In this document: one piece after another, positions 25,978-34,975 of the stretch
How positions within the stretch are numbered: the first letter of the stretch is position 1
Layout of the letters: each line of letters opens with the position of its first letter
NCBI GenBank assembly: GCA_965224065.1
Contig: CBDCYF010000005.1
Span: 2,175,616-2,239,615 of the forward strand
Origin: Candidatus Multivoradales bacterium
Lineage (GTDB): Bacteria; Acidobacteriota; Thermoanaerobaculia; Multivoradales; JAHEKO01
Reading direction: 5' to 3'
Length of the DNA: 64,000 nucleotides
The notes under the pieces: model-generated
What the model saw: the letters and a program-made list of their open reading frames with translations, nothing else
Told to the model about the DNA's origin: nothing
The model's database searches: none
Program-made: the position numbers and the translations under genes

Positions 25978-26913
25978 TCAGCCGGCCGCGACGTCGGCGC
26001 GCCGCAGGTGCTGGTCGATCATCACCGCCGCGATGTTCCCGGTCCCCATCGCCACCGAGACTTGCTGGGTCATCGGCCGCAGGTCACCCGCCACCCACAC
26101 ACCCGCCACATTGGTGTCGCCACGCTGTGAGCTGGGCTGGGCGTGGTGGCCGGTGGGCGCGATCTTCACCCCGAGCTGCTCGGCGAGATCGGTCCGTCCG
26201 ATCGCCGGGCTCGACACAAAAAAGGCCTCGGCTTCGAGCGTGGCGCCGTCTTTCAGGCGAACCGCCCGCAGATGTTGGCGCTCGCCCACCAGCTCGGCGA
26301 TCTCGCCTTCGACAACCGCAATGCCCTTACCGGCCAAGCGGTCCGCGCGGCCCTCGGAAAGCTCCCGGCCGCCGGTCGACAGCACCGTGATCTCGTCGGT
26401 GTAGCGACTCAAACCGATCGCCATCCCCGCGGCGCCGTCGGCCGATCCGACACCGATCACTACCGTTCGCTTGTCGCGAATCTCGGGCGCCTCGCAATCG
26501 GGACAGTAAAAGAGGTTGCCCTTGCCGGCGTATTTAAAGCACGGCCGGTAGTCGCCGTCGACCGTCGGATGGTAGCGGGCGACGCCGGTCGCCAGAAGGA
26601 GTGTCCGAGCCCTCCACTCCTCGCCCTTCTCGCCGGTCAGCACAAAGTCGCCTTCCTCCCCTGAGGCCCCGACCACATTGGCGCGCTCGAGCTCGACGCC
26701 CAGCTCTTCGGCCTGCGCGCGCAGCCGGCGCTGGAGGTCGATCCCGCGGACCGCCGGCTGGCCGGGAACGTTCCACAGCTTCTCGAGCGTGAAGAAAAGC
26801 GGCCCGGTTCGGCGATCGATCAGCAGAACCCGCCGATCGTGCCACGCCAGGTGAATCGCCGCAGTCAACCCCGCGGGGCCTCCTCCCACCACGATCGTTT
26901 CGTAGCTCTCCAT
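25978..26913 (-). CDS. FAD/NAD(P)-dependent thioredoxin-reductase-like oxidoreductase
   Basis: MESYETIVVGGGPAGLTAA dinucleotide-binding motif. Second Rossmann motif RTVVIGVGSADGAAG. CPDC redox-pair candidate. Confidence 0.65.
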   Translation of the reverse strand: MESYETIVVGGGPAGLTAAIHLAWHDRRVLLIDRRTGPLFFTLEKLWNVPGQPAVRGIDLQRRLRAQAEELGVELERANVVGASGEEGDFVLTGEKGEEWRARTLLLATGVARYHPTVDGDYRPCFKYAGKGNLFYCPDCEAPEIRDKRTVVIGVGSADGAAGMAIGLSRYTDEITVLSTGGRELSEGRADRLAGKGIAVVEGEIAELVGERQHLRAVRLKDGATLEAEAFFVSSPAIGRTDLAEQLGVKIAPTGHHAQPSSQRGDTNVAGVWVAGDLRPMTQQVSVAMGTGNIAAVMIDQHLRRADVAAG

Positions 26914-26977
26914 CGCGGGCCGCATTCTAGACCCTCTCTATAATCCTCTCGCGCTCGAGAGACGAGCGCTCTGCAAC

Positions 26978-28717
26978 ATGAACGCTTTCGATACCGACGC
27001 CGTCTCGCCGGACGGGGACTCGCGGCGCCGGTCGGGACTCCTGCTCGGCGTCGTGGGCTTCTTGGGAACCCTCCTCGCCCCGGCGATCGCTCGGGTCCCG
27101 GAAGCTCGCCTGGGCTGGATCGGCATGGCGCTGCTCGTGGCGGCAGCCGCAGTGGCGATCCGCGGCTTCGCAAAGAAGACGCCTGCGGCCACCGCCGCGG
27201 CCGCCCTGCTCGCCTGCCTGGCTCTGGTGAGCTTCGCCGCGCCCTACACCGCCGGCATGTCCCAGGCGGCCCGAGCCACGCTGGCCTCTACCGTCCTGAT
27301 GGCCGCCTGGTGGGTGACGCTGGCGGTCCCGATCGCCGCAACTTCACTGCTTCCGCTGGTTCTCTTTCCGGTTCTGGGCGTCGGCACCAGCTCCGAGACC
27401 GCGGCCGCCTACGCCAACAACAACATCTTCCTGTTCCTCGGCGGCTTCATCCTCGCCCTGGGGATCCAGCGCTGGGGCCTCCACCGGCGCATCGCTCTCC
27501 AGATCGTGCGCCTGATCGGCTCCAACCCGTCGCGGATGGTACTGGGCTTCATGGTGGCCACCGCTTTTCTGTCGATGTGGATCTCCAACACCGCGACGGC
27601 GCTGATGATGCTCCCCATCGCGCTCGCGGTGATCTCCTCGATGCGCGAGGTCGGTGGAGGCCAGCGGCTGGGTGGCTTCGCTCCGGCGCTGCTGTTGGGA
27701 GTGGCCTATTCGGCCTCGCTCGGCGGGCTCGCGACCCCCATCGGCACGCCGCCCAACATCTCCTTTCTGAGAATCCTCGAGATCCTCTACCCCGAGGCGC
27801 CGCCGATCTCCTTCGGCCGCTGGCTGGTATCGTTTCTGCCCCTGGTGGTGATCTTCCTCCCGCTGGCCTGGCTCGTTCTCACCCGCGTAGCCCACCGTCC
27901 GTTGCGCCGCTCGATCGCCGCCGGCGCGCAGGTCATCCGCGCCGAGCTCGACCGGCTCGGACCCCTGGCGGGCGCCGAGCGGCGAATGCTGTGGATCTTC
28001 GCCGCTACCGCGGTGCTGTGGACGACACGCGGCGATCTGGACCTCGGCCGGCTGCATGTTCCCGGTTGGGCGGGGCTCGTCGAGCGCTGGCTCGGCAGCC
28101 CGTTTGCCGCCTCCAACCTCCACGACTCAACCGTCGCCGTCGCCATGGCCGTGCTCACCTTCATCCTCGCCGGCGACCCCGACGAGGCCGGCCGCCGCCG
28201 CGCGTTGATGGACTGGGAGACCGCCAAGAAACTCCCCTGGGGGATCCTGCTGCTCTTTGGCGGCGGCTTTGCGCTCGCCGGAGCGTTCAAGACCTCGGGG
28301 CTGTCTCGCTTTCTCGGCGACAGCTTTGCCGGCCAGGTCTCAGGGCTCCCTCCTTTGTTGCTGGTCGCCTCTTCCTGCTTCCTCCTGACCTTTATGACCG
28401 AGGTCACCTCCAACACCGCCACCACCGAAGTGATGCTCCCGGTCCTCGCCGGCACTGCCGCCGGTTTGGGTGTTCATCCGTTGCTGTTGATGATCCCGGC
28501 GACCTTGTCGGCGAGCTGCGCCTTCATGCTGCCGATCGCAACACCCCCCAACGCCATCGTCTTTGGCTCAGGCGAGCTCGAAATGCGTCAGATGGTGCGC
28601 GCCGGGGTTCTTCTCAACTTGCTCGGGATCCTGTTGATCTCCCTTTTCTTCTACTTTGCCGGCTCGGCACTCCTGGGTGTCGACCTCGGCACCGTCCCGG
28701 CCTGGGCCACCGATTGA
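26978..28717 (+). CDS. DASS/SLC13-family anion (di/tricarboxylate or sulfate) transporter
   Basis: 579 aa polytopic. Duplicated hairpin motifs SNTATALMMLPIA and TSNTATTEVMLPV are typical of SLC13/DASS carriers. Confidence 0.75.
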   Translation: MNAFDTDAVSPDGDSRRRSGLLLGVVGFLGTLLAPAIARVPEARLGWIGMALLVAAAAVAIRGFAKKTPAATAAAALLACLALVSFAAPYTAGMSQAARATLASTVLMAAWWVTLAVPIAATSLLPLVLFPVLGVGTSSETAAAYANNNIFLFLGGFILALGIQRWGLHRRIALQIVRLIGSNPSRMVLGFMVATAFLSMWISNTATALMMLPIALAVISSMREVGGGQRLGGFAPALLLGVAYSASLGGLATPIGTPPNISFLRILEILYPEAPPISFGRWLVSFLPLVVIFLPLAWLVLTRVAHRPLRRSIAAGAQVIRAELDRLGPLAGAERRMLWIFAATAVLWTTRGDLDLGRLHVPGWAGLVERWLGSPFAASNLHDSTVAVAMAVLTFILAGDPDEAGRRRALMDWETAKKLPWGILLLFGGGFALAGAFKTSGLSRFLGDSFAGQVSGLPPLLLVASSCFLLTFMTEVTSNTATTEVMLPVLAGTAAGLGVHPLLLMIPATLSASCAFMLPIATPPNAIVFGSGELEMRQMVRAGVLLNLLGILLISLFFYFAGSALLGVDLGTVPAWATD

Positions 28718-28721
28718 AACG

Positions 28722-29045
28722 GCGCGGCTTCTGCCGACCGCCGGGCGGGGGCAAGCCCCGCCCCTACAAGAAATGACCTCTGAAGCGGCCGCCGCCTCTG
28801 GCGGCCGTCGGGCCGGGGCAAGCCCGGCCCCTACAGGAAGGGGTGCCGCCAAGGGTGCGCCCGTCGGAATCGAAGATGTAGGGGCGGGGCTTGCCCCCGC
28901 CCGACAATGCACCCAACCCGACGTCTACCCGTTGGCCGAACGCAGGGCCGGATCCGCCGGCGTTCCCGCCAGGCGGATATGATGCCCGAAGCGGCCGCCG
29001 CCTCTGGCGGCCGTCCGGCCGACGCCTCCGCCGGCCGAACCGCCA
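28722..29045. repeat. REP/BIME-like cluster (3 GCAAG/CTTGC-loop hairpins + 2 GAAGCGGCCGCC..GGCGGCCG hairpins)
   Basis: Same modules as at 25.8 kb, 39.4 kb, 40.4 kb and 58.4 kb. Forms the left boundary of the DUF1566 island. Confidence 0.5.
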
Positions 29046-29056
29046 GAGGAACCGCT

Positions 29057-29347
29057 ATGCCGACCTTTATCGTTCTGCTCGACTACACCGACCAGGGAAT
29101 CCGCAACCTGAAGGACTCTCCCCAGCGGGCCGACGCCTTCAACGAATTTGCCGAAAAAGCCGGCGTCAAGATCCATAGCCAGTACTGGACCATCGGCAAC
29201 CACGACGGAATCTTCATCATGGAGGCACCGTCCGAGGAGGTCGCGGCTTCGGTGCTCCTTCACCTCGGAGCGGGCGGCAACGTACGCACGACGACCCTGC
29301 GCGCCTACGACTGGGCCGAGGCTCAAGACCTGATCGAAGCGGGCTAG
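29057..29347 (+). CDS. GYD-domain protein
   Basis: 96 aa from ATG 29057: MPTFIVLLDYTDQGIRNLKDSPQRADAFNEFAEKAGVKIHSQYWTIGNHDGIFIMEAP... The upstream part of ORF 28907..29347 runs through REP repeats and is discounted. Confidence 0.6.
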   Translation: MPTFIVLLDYTDQGIRNLKDSPQRADAFNEFAEKAGVKIHSQYWTIGNHDGIFIMEAPSEEVAASVLLHLGAGGNVRTTTLRAYDWAEAQDLIEAG

Positions 29348-29366
29348 CGACCCGTACTAGAGACGG

Positions 29367-29999
29367 TCACTGGCCGCCGCGAACCGGCCAGACGACGTTG
29401 CCGTTGGTCTTGCCGCCGCGCCCGACGTGGCCGACGTTGAGGAATACCTCCCAGGCGAGGGTGTGGTTGTCGGTGGCGGTCGTCGACGTCCAATAACGGA
29501 ACAGCCACGTCACGCCGTAGAAGCTGCTCGGGCCGTTCACCCAGCAATCACTGCCGCTGTCATTCGTAATCGTCGGTGGCGATGCGGTGCAGTCCGGGTC
29601 GCCCACAAAACCCAGAGCGTCGGAGACCATCCTCTGCCACTCGGCGGCCGTCGGCAGTCGCCACTCGCCGGGAGAGGATTTGTCACCCAAGCCACAGTCC
29701 TGGTCGGCCAACGGGCTGCCAAGGCGCTGGGGGGGAAGATCCGACAAGTTGGCGACGATCTCCGTCGCCTCGTGCCATTCCATCGGGCCGTAGCAGTCCG
29801 CGTTCTTGAGCCACACCAGCCCGGTGCGGTTGTCCGTCACCGTTCCGTTACCGCAGTCGACGTAAATGTCGCCACTGTTGTCCGGGCAGGCCGGGTCGGC
29901 GGTCTGCAACGCCACCATCCCGTCGCCCCCGAGCACCGGCGCGGCGCCCGGCCACAACAGCATGAATCCTGATACCAACGCTCCTGCCCATTTCATCAT
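29367..29999 (-). CDS. secreted DUF1566 (Lcl C-terminal-like) domain protein, paralog 1
   Basis: Signal peptide, then DCGNGTVTDNRTGLVWLKNA...GEWRLPTAAEWQRM...YWTSTT...AWEVF...VVWPVRGGQ, matching the DUF1566 pattern. Confidence 0.65.
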   Translation of the reverse strand: MMKWAGALVSGFMLLWPGAAPVLGGDGMVALQTADPACPDNSGDIYVDCGNGTVTDNRTGLVWLKNADCYGPMEWHEATEIVANLSDLPPQRLGSPLADQDCGLGDKSSPGEWRLPTAAEWQRMVSDALGFVGDPDCTASPPTITNDSGSDCWVNGPSSFYGVTWLFRYWTSTTATDNHTLAWEVFLNVGHVGRGGKTNGNVVWPVRGGQ

Positions 30000-30209
30000 C
30001 GACGGTCCTCCGGTTGTTGGCTCCCCCTAACCTCTACAACGCAAACGGGGAGCCGTTTGGATCAAACGAAGGGTCGGGGGGCGCCAGGCCGGAGAGATGA
30101 ACAGGCGGCAACCCAGGTATATTCTTGCTCCAGCCAGTTACTCATGACGCAGACCCGTGCAACCGCAAACACGCGCCGGCGCACGGGGCCTCGGCAAGGA
30201 GGTCCTTCG

Positions 30210-30803
30210 ATGCAGCAATCCACTACCGCAGCGGCCATTCTCTTCGCGCTACTGTCGTGGCCCCTGGCGGCCGACGACGGCGCCGAAGCCAGCCGGCAGA
30301 CGGCCTTGGACATGATCGAGGCCATCAACGAGCGCGACCTCGATGCACTGGATACCGTCGTCGCGCCGAACATGGTCCGGCACAGCGCCGCCACACCGGG
30401 AGCCACGATCGAGAGCCTCGATCAGTTCAAGGCTTTCTTGACCGAGGACTTCAAGGCGGTACCCGATTCCCAGGTGACGGTAGACACCCTCTTAGCCACC
30501 GAGAACATGGTCGCGATCCGAGCGATCTATGCCGGCACCCAAACCGGACCCATGGGGCCATTTCCACCCAGCGACAAGAAAGTCGAGCTGCCCTTTCTCG
30601 GCATCCTGCGCATCGAAGCCGGAAAGATCGTCGAGATGTGGGTCGAGTGGGACAACCTGTACATGCTGACTCAACTCGGCCACTTTCCGCCGCCTGATGC
30701 GGAGCCGGCCGCGGACAACCGGTGCGAGGCCTGCAAGATGCATGACCGTCAGCACGATGCGGCCTGCGCTCACGGCGGCTCCCACACGCCCGACGGGCCA
30801 TGA
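30210..30803 (+). CDS. secreted SnoaL-like/NTF2-fold protein
   Basis: ATG at 30210 gives MQQSTTAAAILFALLSWPLAADDG signal peptide, then an NTF2/SnoaL-like domain. The ORF-track start (TTG 30057) is probably too far upstream. Confidence 0.5.
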   Translation: MQQSTTAAAILFALLSWPLAADDGAEASRQTALDMIEAINERDLDALDTVVAPNMVRHSAATPGATIESLDQFKAFLTEDFKAVPDSQVTVDTLLATENMVAIRAIYAGTQTGPMGPFPPSDKKVELPFLGILRIEAGKIVEMWVEWDNLYMLTQLGHFPPPDAEPAADNRCEACKMHDRQHDAACAHGGSHTPDGP

Positions 30804-31276
30804 CCCGTTCCGGGCGGGATCGAGCCGCGGTTCGGGTCCCACCACCACTCGTCTTTGTGCTCGTGGTCGCCGCCGGGTTCTTCCTCCACCGATCGCTCCA
30901 GCCCCTACCTCTCGGGCTTCCCGATGGGCTGCGCAAAGCGGCTTCCGCGGTCACACTACTTTCCGGCGCCGGGCTCCTGGCATGGTCGCTGACGCTTTTT
31001 CTCAGGAGCGGTCAAGACCCGGCACCCTGGAAGAGCACTCCCGAAATGATCTTCAAAGGCCCTTTTCGGTTTAGCCGCAACCCCATGTATCTGTCGATGG
31101 CCTTACTCCAGATCGCCGCCGGTCTCTGGTACTCAAACAGCTGGATCCTGGGCTTGCTGCCCTTAGCGCTTTTTTGCGTCTACCGGACGGCCATCCGCCA
31201 CGAGGAAGCGTACTTGGAGTCCAAATTCGGGGACTCGTACCGGGAGTACAAGGCCGAAGTGCGGAGATGGATCTAG
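30800..31276 (+). CDS. isoprenylcysteine carboxyl methyltransferase (ICMT)/phospholipid methyltransferase-family membrane protein
   Basis: 158 aa. ATGA overlap with the upstream gene. Motifs GPFRFSRNPMYLSMAL and HEEAYLESKFGDSYREY are typical of the ICMT/PEMT family. Confidence 0.65.
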   Translation: MTRSGRDRAAVRVPPPLVFVLVVAAGFFLHRSLQPLPLGLPDGLRKAASAVTLLSGAGLLAWSLTLFLRSGQDPAPWKSTPEMIFKGPFRFSRNPMYLSMALLQIAAGLWYSNSWILGLLPLALFCVYRTAIRHEEAYLESKFGDSYREYKAEVRRWI

Positions 31277-31392
31277 GGCCTAGGGCTCTAGGCTCGGATC
31301 GATTTCGGCGGCAAACACGTCTCCCTCGACCGAGAACTCGTTCGTAAGCCGAATTTCCTGTCCAGCGCAAGCCAAAGGCTCCCAAGAGCCAA

Positions 31393-32070
31393 TCATTGTC
31401 CGCCGCGAACCGGCCAGACATAGTAGGTGCTGGCCTTGTTGCTAATGCTGAAGGCGCCGTTGGCGAGGAACACGGCCCAAGCGCTCGTGGGGAAGGGGAC
31501 ATCGGTTCTAGCCGACCAATAGAAGGTCGACACCACGCCGGTAAAACTACAAGTCCGACCCGAAAGAAAACACACGAGAGGATCGGCCCAGCAACCGGTC
31601 CCCTCATCGTCGGTGATCGCAGGACTGCAAGCCAACACGTTTGGCGACATCATCGCCTCCCACTCCCCCACCGATGGCAACCGCCACTCCCCGGGCGACG
31701 AACCGTCCGACAGACTGCAGTCTTGCGCCGCAGCAGCCGACGTCGCCGGCTCGTCTGACAGACCGGCCACGAACTCCATCGCCGTATGCCAGTCCACTTG
31801 GCCCGGCGGGGCACCAACCCCACCGCCGGCAGAACCGATACAGTTCGCGTCCTGCAGCCATACCAGCCCCGTCCAGTTGTCCGTCACCGTGCCGTTGCCG
31901 CAGTCGATGTAGCGGTCGCTGTTCGTCGGGTCCGCACACGACGGGTCCGCGGTCTGTAGTGCGACCACCCCGTCGCCCGCCCAGGCTGCCGAAACGCCCC
32001 ACAACAGACAACAGAGCAGACAAGCCAAAGCAGTGGTACCTCTCGATCTCGTGATGCTGTAGTGCCTCAT
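31393..32070 (-). CDS. secreted DUF1566 domain protein, paralog 2
   Basis: MRHYSITRSRGTTALACLLCCLLWGVSAAWAG signal peptide. DUF1566 motifs. GGAGGG RBS 6 nt upstream of the ATG. Confidence 0.7.
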   Translation of the reverse strand: MRHYSITRSRGTTALACLLCCLLWGVSAAWAGDGVVALQTADPSCADPTNSDRYIDCGNGTVTDNWTGLVWLQDANCIGSAGGGVGAPPGQVDWHTAMEFVAGLSDEPATSAAAAQDCSLSDGSSPGEWRLPSVGEWEAMMSPNVLACSPAITDDEGTGCWADPLVCFLSGRTCSFTGVVSTFYWSARTDVPFPTSAWAVFLANGAFSISNKASTYYVWPVRGGQ

Positions 32071-32136
32071 CTCGAACCCTCCATTAGAAAAGCACCGTGG
32101 CAGCTACCCCGAAGGGCCAAGGCTCCCAAGAGCCAA

Positions 32137-32778
32137 TCATTGTCCGCCGCGAACCGGCCAGACATAGGCGGTGCCGGACTTGCTGCCGGCGACGAGGATG
32201 CCGCCAAGGTTCGCGCCCAACGCGAACGTTGGGTTGAGGACACTGGTACTAGCCGACCAATATAACTCCGACAGCACGCCGGTAAAACTACAAGTCCGAC
32301 CCGAAAGAAAACACACGAGAGGATCGGCCCAGCAACCGGTCCCCTCATCGTCGGTGATCGCCGGATTGCAAGCCAACACGGTTGGCGACATCATCGCCTC
32401 CCACTCCTCCACCGATGGCAACCGCCACTCCCCCGGCGACGATCCGTCCGACAGACCGCAGTCGATCGATGCCACCACCGACGTCGACGGCTTGTCCGAT
32501 AGCCCCGCTACGAACTCCATTGCCGTGCGCCAGTCGTAGGCGCCGTCCAGACAGTTGGCGTTTGCAAGCCATACCAGCCCCGTGGCGTTGTCCGTCACCG
32601 TGCCGTTCCCGCAGTCCACGTACCGATCGCCGCTGTCGTCCGCGCACGACGGGTCCGCCGTCTGTAGTGCGACCACCCCGTCGCCCGCCCAGGCTGCAGA
32701 AACGCCCCACAACAGACAACAGAGCAGACAAGCCAAAGCAGTGGTACCTCTTGATCTCGTGATGCTGTAGTGCCTCAT
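32137..32778 (-). CDS. secreted DUF1566 domain protein, paralog 3
   Basis: N-terminal 47 aa identical to paralog 2. Mosaic middle. Divergent C-terminal 35 aa. Confidence 0.7.
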   Translation of the reverse strand: MRHYSITRSRGTTALACLLCCLLWGVSAAWAGDGVVALQTADPSCADDSGDRYVDCGNGTVTDNATGLVWLANANCLDGAYDWRTAMEFVAGLSDKPSTSVVASIDCGLSDGSSPGEWRLPSVEEWEAMMSPTVLACNPAITDDEGTGCWADPLVCFLSGRTCSFTGVLSELYWSASTSVLNPTFALGANLGGILVAGSKSGTAYVWPVRGGQ

Positions 32779-32826
32779 CGCGAACCCTCCACTAGAAAAG
32801 CACCGTGGCAGCTACGCGCCAACCTC

Positions 32827-32860
32827 TGAAAGAAAAAGCAGGGGGGCTCACGCCCCCTGC
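32827..32860 (-). terminator. rho-independent terminator downstream of DUF1566 paralog 4
   Basis: Minus-strand RNA GCAGGGGGCGUGAGCCCCCCUGC followed by UUUUUCUUUCA: a perfect 9-bp GC stem plus U-run. Confidence 0.5.
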
Positions 32861-32894
32861 ACCCTCCCGAAGAGCCAAAACTCCCAAGAGCCAA

Positions 32895-33563
32895 TCATTG
32901 TCCGCCGCGAACCGGCCAGACATAGTAGTCGGCGGCCTTGGCGCCGCCGCCGACGGTGCCGAAGCTGAGGAACGCGACCCAGGCGGTCGACGGGACGCTG
33001 ACCCTGGTACTAGCCGACCAATAGATGGACGACACCACGCCGGAAAACGAGCAAGCACCCACGGTCACACACGCCACGTCCCAGCAGCCATTGCCGGCGT
33101 CGTTCGTGATCGTAGGGTCACAACCCAAGGCAACCGCATCGGCGACCATCGCCTCCCACTCCTCCACCGATGGCAACCGCCACTCCCCAGGCGACGACCC
33201 GTCCGACAGACCGCAGTCGTGCGCAGCAGCAGACCCCGCCGGCTTGTCCGACAGCCCCGCCACGAACTCCATTGCCGTGCGCCAGTCCACTTCGCCCGGC
33301 GGGGTACCAACTCCACCGCCGGCAGAACCGATACAGTTCGCGTCCTGCAACCACACCAGTCCCGTGGCGTTGTCCGTCACCGTGCCGTTGCCGCAGTCGA
33401 TGTAGCGATCGCTGTTCGTCGGGTCAGCACACGACGGATCCGCCGTCTGTAGTGCGACCACCCCGTCGCCGGCCCAGGCTGCCCCAACGCCCAACGAGAG
33501 ACAACAGAGCAGACAAGCCAAAGCAGCGGTACCTCTCGATCTCGTGATGCTGTAGTGCCTCAT
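32895..33563 (-). CDS. secreted DUF1566 domain protein, paralog 4
   Basis: Near-identical N-terminus to paralogs 2 and 3. Ends WPVRGGQ. Confidence 0.7.
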   Translation of the reverse strand: MRHYSITRSRGTAALACLLCCLSLGVGAAWAGDGVVALQTADPSCADPTNSDRYIDCGNGTVTDNATGLVWLQDANCIGSAGGGVGTPPGEVDWRTAMEFVAGLSDKPAGSAAAHDCGLSDGSSPGEWRLPSVEEWEAMVADAVALGCDPTITNDAGNGCWDVACVTVGACSFSGVVSSIYWSASTRVSVPSTAWVAFLSFGTVGGGAKAADYYVWPVRGGQ

Positions 33564-33690
33564 CTCGAACCCTCCATTAGAAAAGCACCGTGGCAGCTAC
33601 GCCGCGCCGTAGAACGAAACTCAAGAAACGAGTCGTAAAAGCCCTATCACCGGCGAGGCCCCCCGAAGGGCCAAGGCTCCCAAGACCCAA

Positions 33691-34347
33691 TCATTGGCCG
33701 CCGCGAACCGGCCAAATATAGTAATCGGTGATCTTGGTGCTGATGATGCCGACGGTGCCGTCGCCGAGGTCCGCGAACCAGGCGCCCGTGGTGGGGAAGG
33801 TGACGACGACGGTACTAGCCGACCAATAGTGCGACGACACCACGCCGGTAAAACTACAAGTCCGACCCGAAAGAAAACACACGAGAGGATCGGCCCAGCA
33901 ACCGGTCCCCTGATCGTCGGTGATCGCCGGACTGCAAGCCAACACGTTCGCACCCGACATCATCGCCTCCCACTCGGCCAACGACGGCAAACGCCACTCC
34001 CCGGGCGACGAACCGTCCGACAGACCGCAGTCGTGCGCCGCAGCAGCAGATGACGCCGGCTGGTCCGACAGCCCCGCCACGAACTCCATCGCCGTATGCC
34101 AGTCGTAGGCGCCGTCCAGACAGTTGGCGTTTGCAAGCCATACCAGCCCCGTGGCGTTGTCCGTCACCGTGCCGTTCCCGCAGTCCACGTACCGATCGCC
34201 GCTGTCGTCCGCGCACGACGGGTCCGCCGTCTGTAGTGCGACCATCCCGTCGCCCGCCCAGGCTGCCCCAACGCCCCACACCATCAAAGCCGCGGCAAGC
34301 GAGCCACAAACAGTCATTCTCTGCGTCATCCCGGTCTCCTTCCTCAT
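33691..34347 (-). CDS. secreted DUF1566 domain protein, paralog 5
   Basis: Different signal peptide (MRKETGMTQRMTVCGSLAAALMVWGVGAAWAG) but the same domain. The start may be the internal Met. Confidence 0.65.
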   Translation of the reverse strand: MRKETGMTQRMTVCGSLAAALMVWGVGAAWAGDGMVALQTADPSCADDSGDRYVDCGNGTVTDNATGLVWLANANCLDGAYDWHTAMEFVAGLSDQPASSAAAAHDCGLSDGSSPGEWRLPSLAEWEAMMSGANVLACSPAITDDQGTGCWADPLVCFLSGRTCSFTGVVSSHYWSASTVVVTFPTTGAWFADLGDGTVGIISTKITDYYIWPVRGGQ

Positions 34348-34643
34348 TGACAGAGTCCGTTACCGAGTCATTTTGCTCAAAGAAGATGCGCTGCAAGCCA
34401 AGCGCGTGACCGAAGGCAGCAGCGCCTCAGTCAAAACGAGCCGTGATTCGCTACCAAAGTGAGGACGGCGGAGCCGTCCGAGCCGCGTCCGAGATCACGG
34501 ACGCGTTACGAACGACCGAGCGACGCGAGGGGCATCGGCTCCCCTACGGGATTCGCTCTAGAGGACTTCGGATGGAATCCGAAGTCCGACGACCGAGATC
34601 ACGGACGCGCTGCCGGACCGAGCGCAGCTTGCTGAGCGAGGGA

Positions 34644-34719
34644 TGGTAGCGCGTACGGGATTCGAACCCGTGTTACCGGCGTGAGAGGCCGGCGTCCTAG
34701 ACCCCTAGACGAACGCGCC
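34644..34719 (-). tRNA. tRNA-Glu(CUC): tRNA-Glu (anticodon CUC)
   Basis: Reverse complement GGCGCGTTCGTCTAGGGGTCTAGGACGCCGGCCTCTCACGCCGGTAACACGGGTTCGAATCCCGTACGCGCTACCA. Aligns position-by-position with bacterial tRNA-Glu (D-arm TCGTCTAGxGGxxxAGGAC, T-arm GGTTCGAATCC). Anticodon loop CUCUCAC gives CUC. CCA is encoded. Confidence 0.85.
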
Positions 34720-34784
34720 ACGGGATTGTGGAGGGTAGCAGAAGGGAGCGCGGGGGCTCAAGGTCGGACGGACGGCAGGGAGGC

Positions 34785-34975
34785 CGGCTTCCAAACGGCC
34801 GCCAGAGGCGGCGGCCGCTTCAGAGAGTTGTGCGCGGCGCGGGGCCGCCAGCCGCTTCAGGGAGCCGTGCACGACACAGGACCGCCGGCCGCCAGCCGCT
34901 TTAGGGAGCCGTCGGCCGCCAGAGGCGGCGGCCGCTTCAGAGAGCTGTGCGCGGCGCGGCACCGCCGCCGGCATC
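34785..34975. repeat. REP-like cluster: four alternating GGCCGCCAGAGGCGGCGGCCGCTTCAG / GCCGCCAGCCGCTT modules
   Basis: Between tRNA-Glu and the formamidase gene. Forms the right boundary of the DUF1566 island. Confidence 0.45.

Noticed and set aside
28907-29347. 146-aa ORF for the GYD protein
   Set aside because: The N-terminal 50 codons traverse REP hairpins. The gene most likely starts at ATG 29057 (MPTFIVLL).
34443-34649. 68-aa plus-strand ORF next to the tRNA
   Set aside because: Arg-rich. Overlaps the tRNA-Glu 3' end and the hairpin/direct-repeat region. No coding signal.
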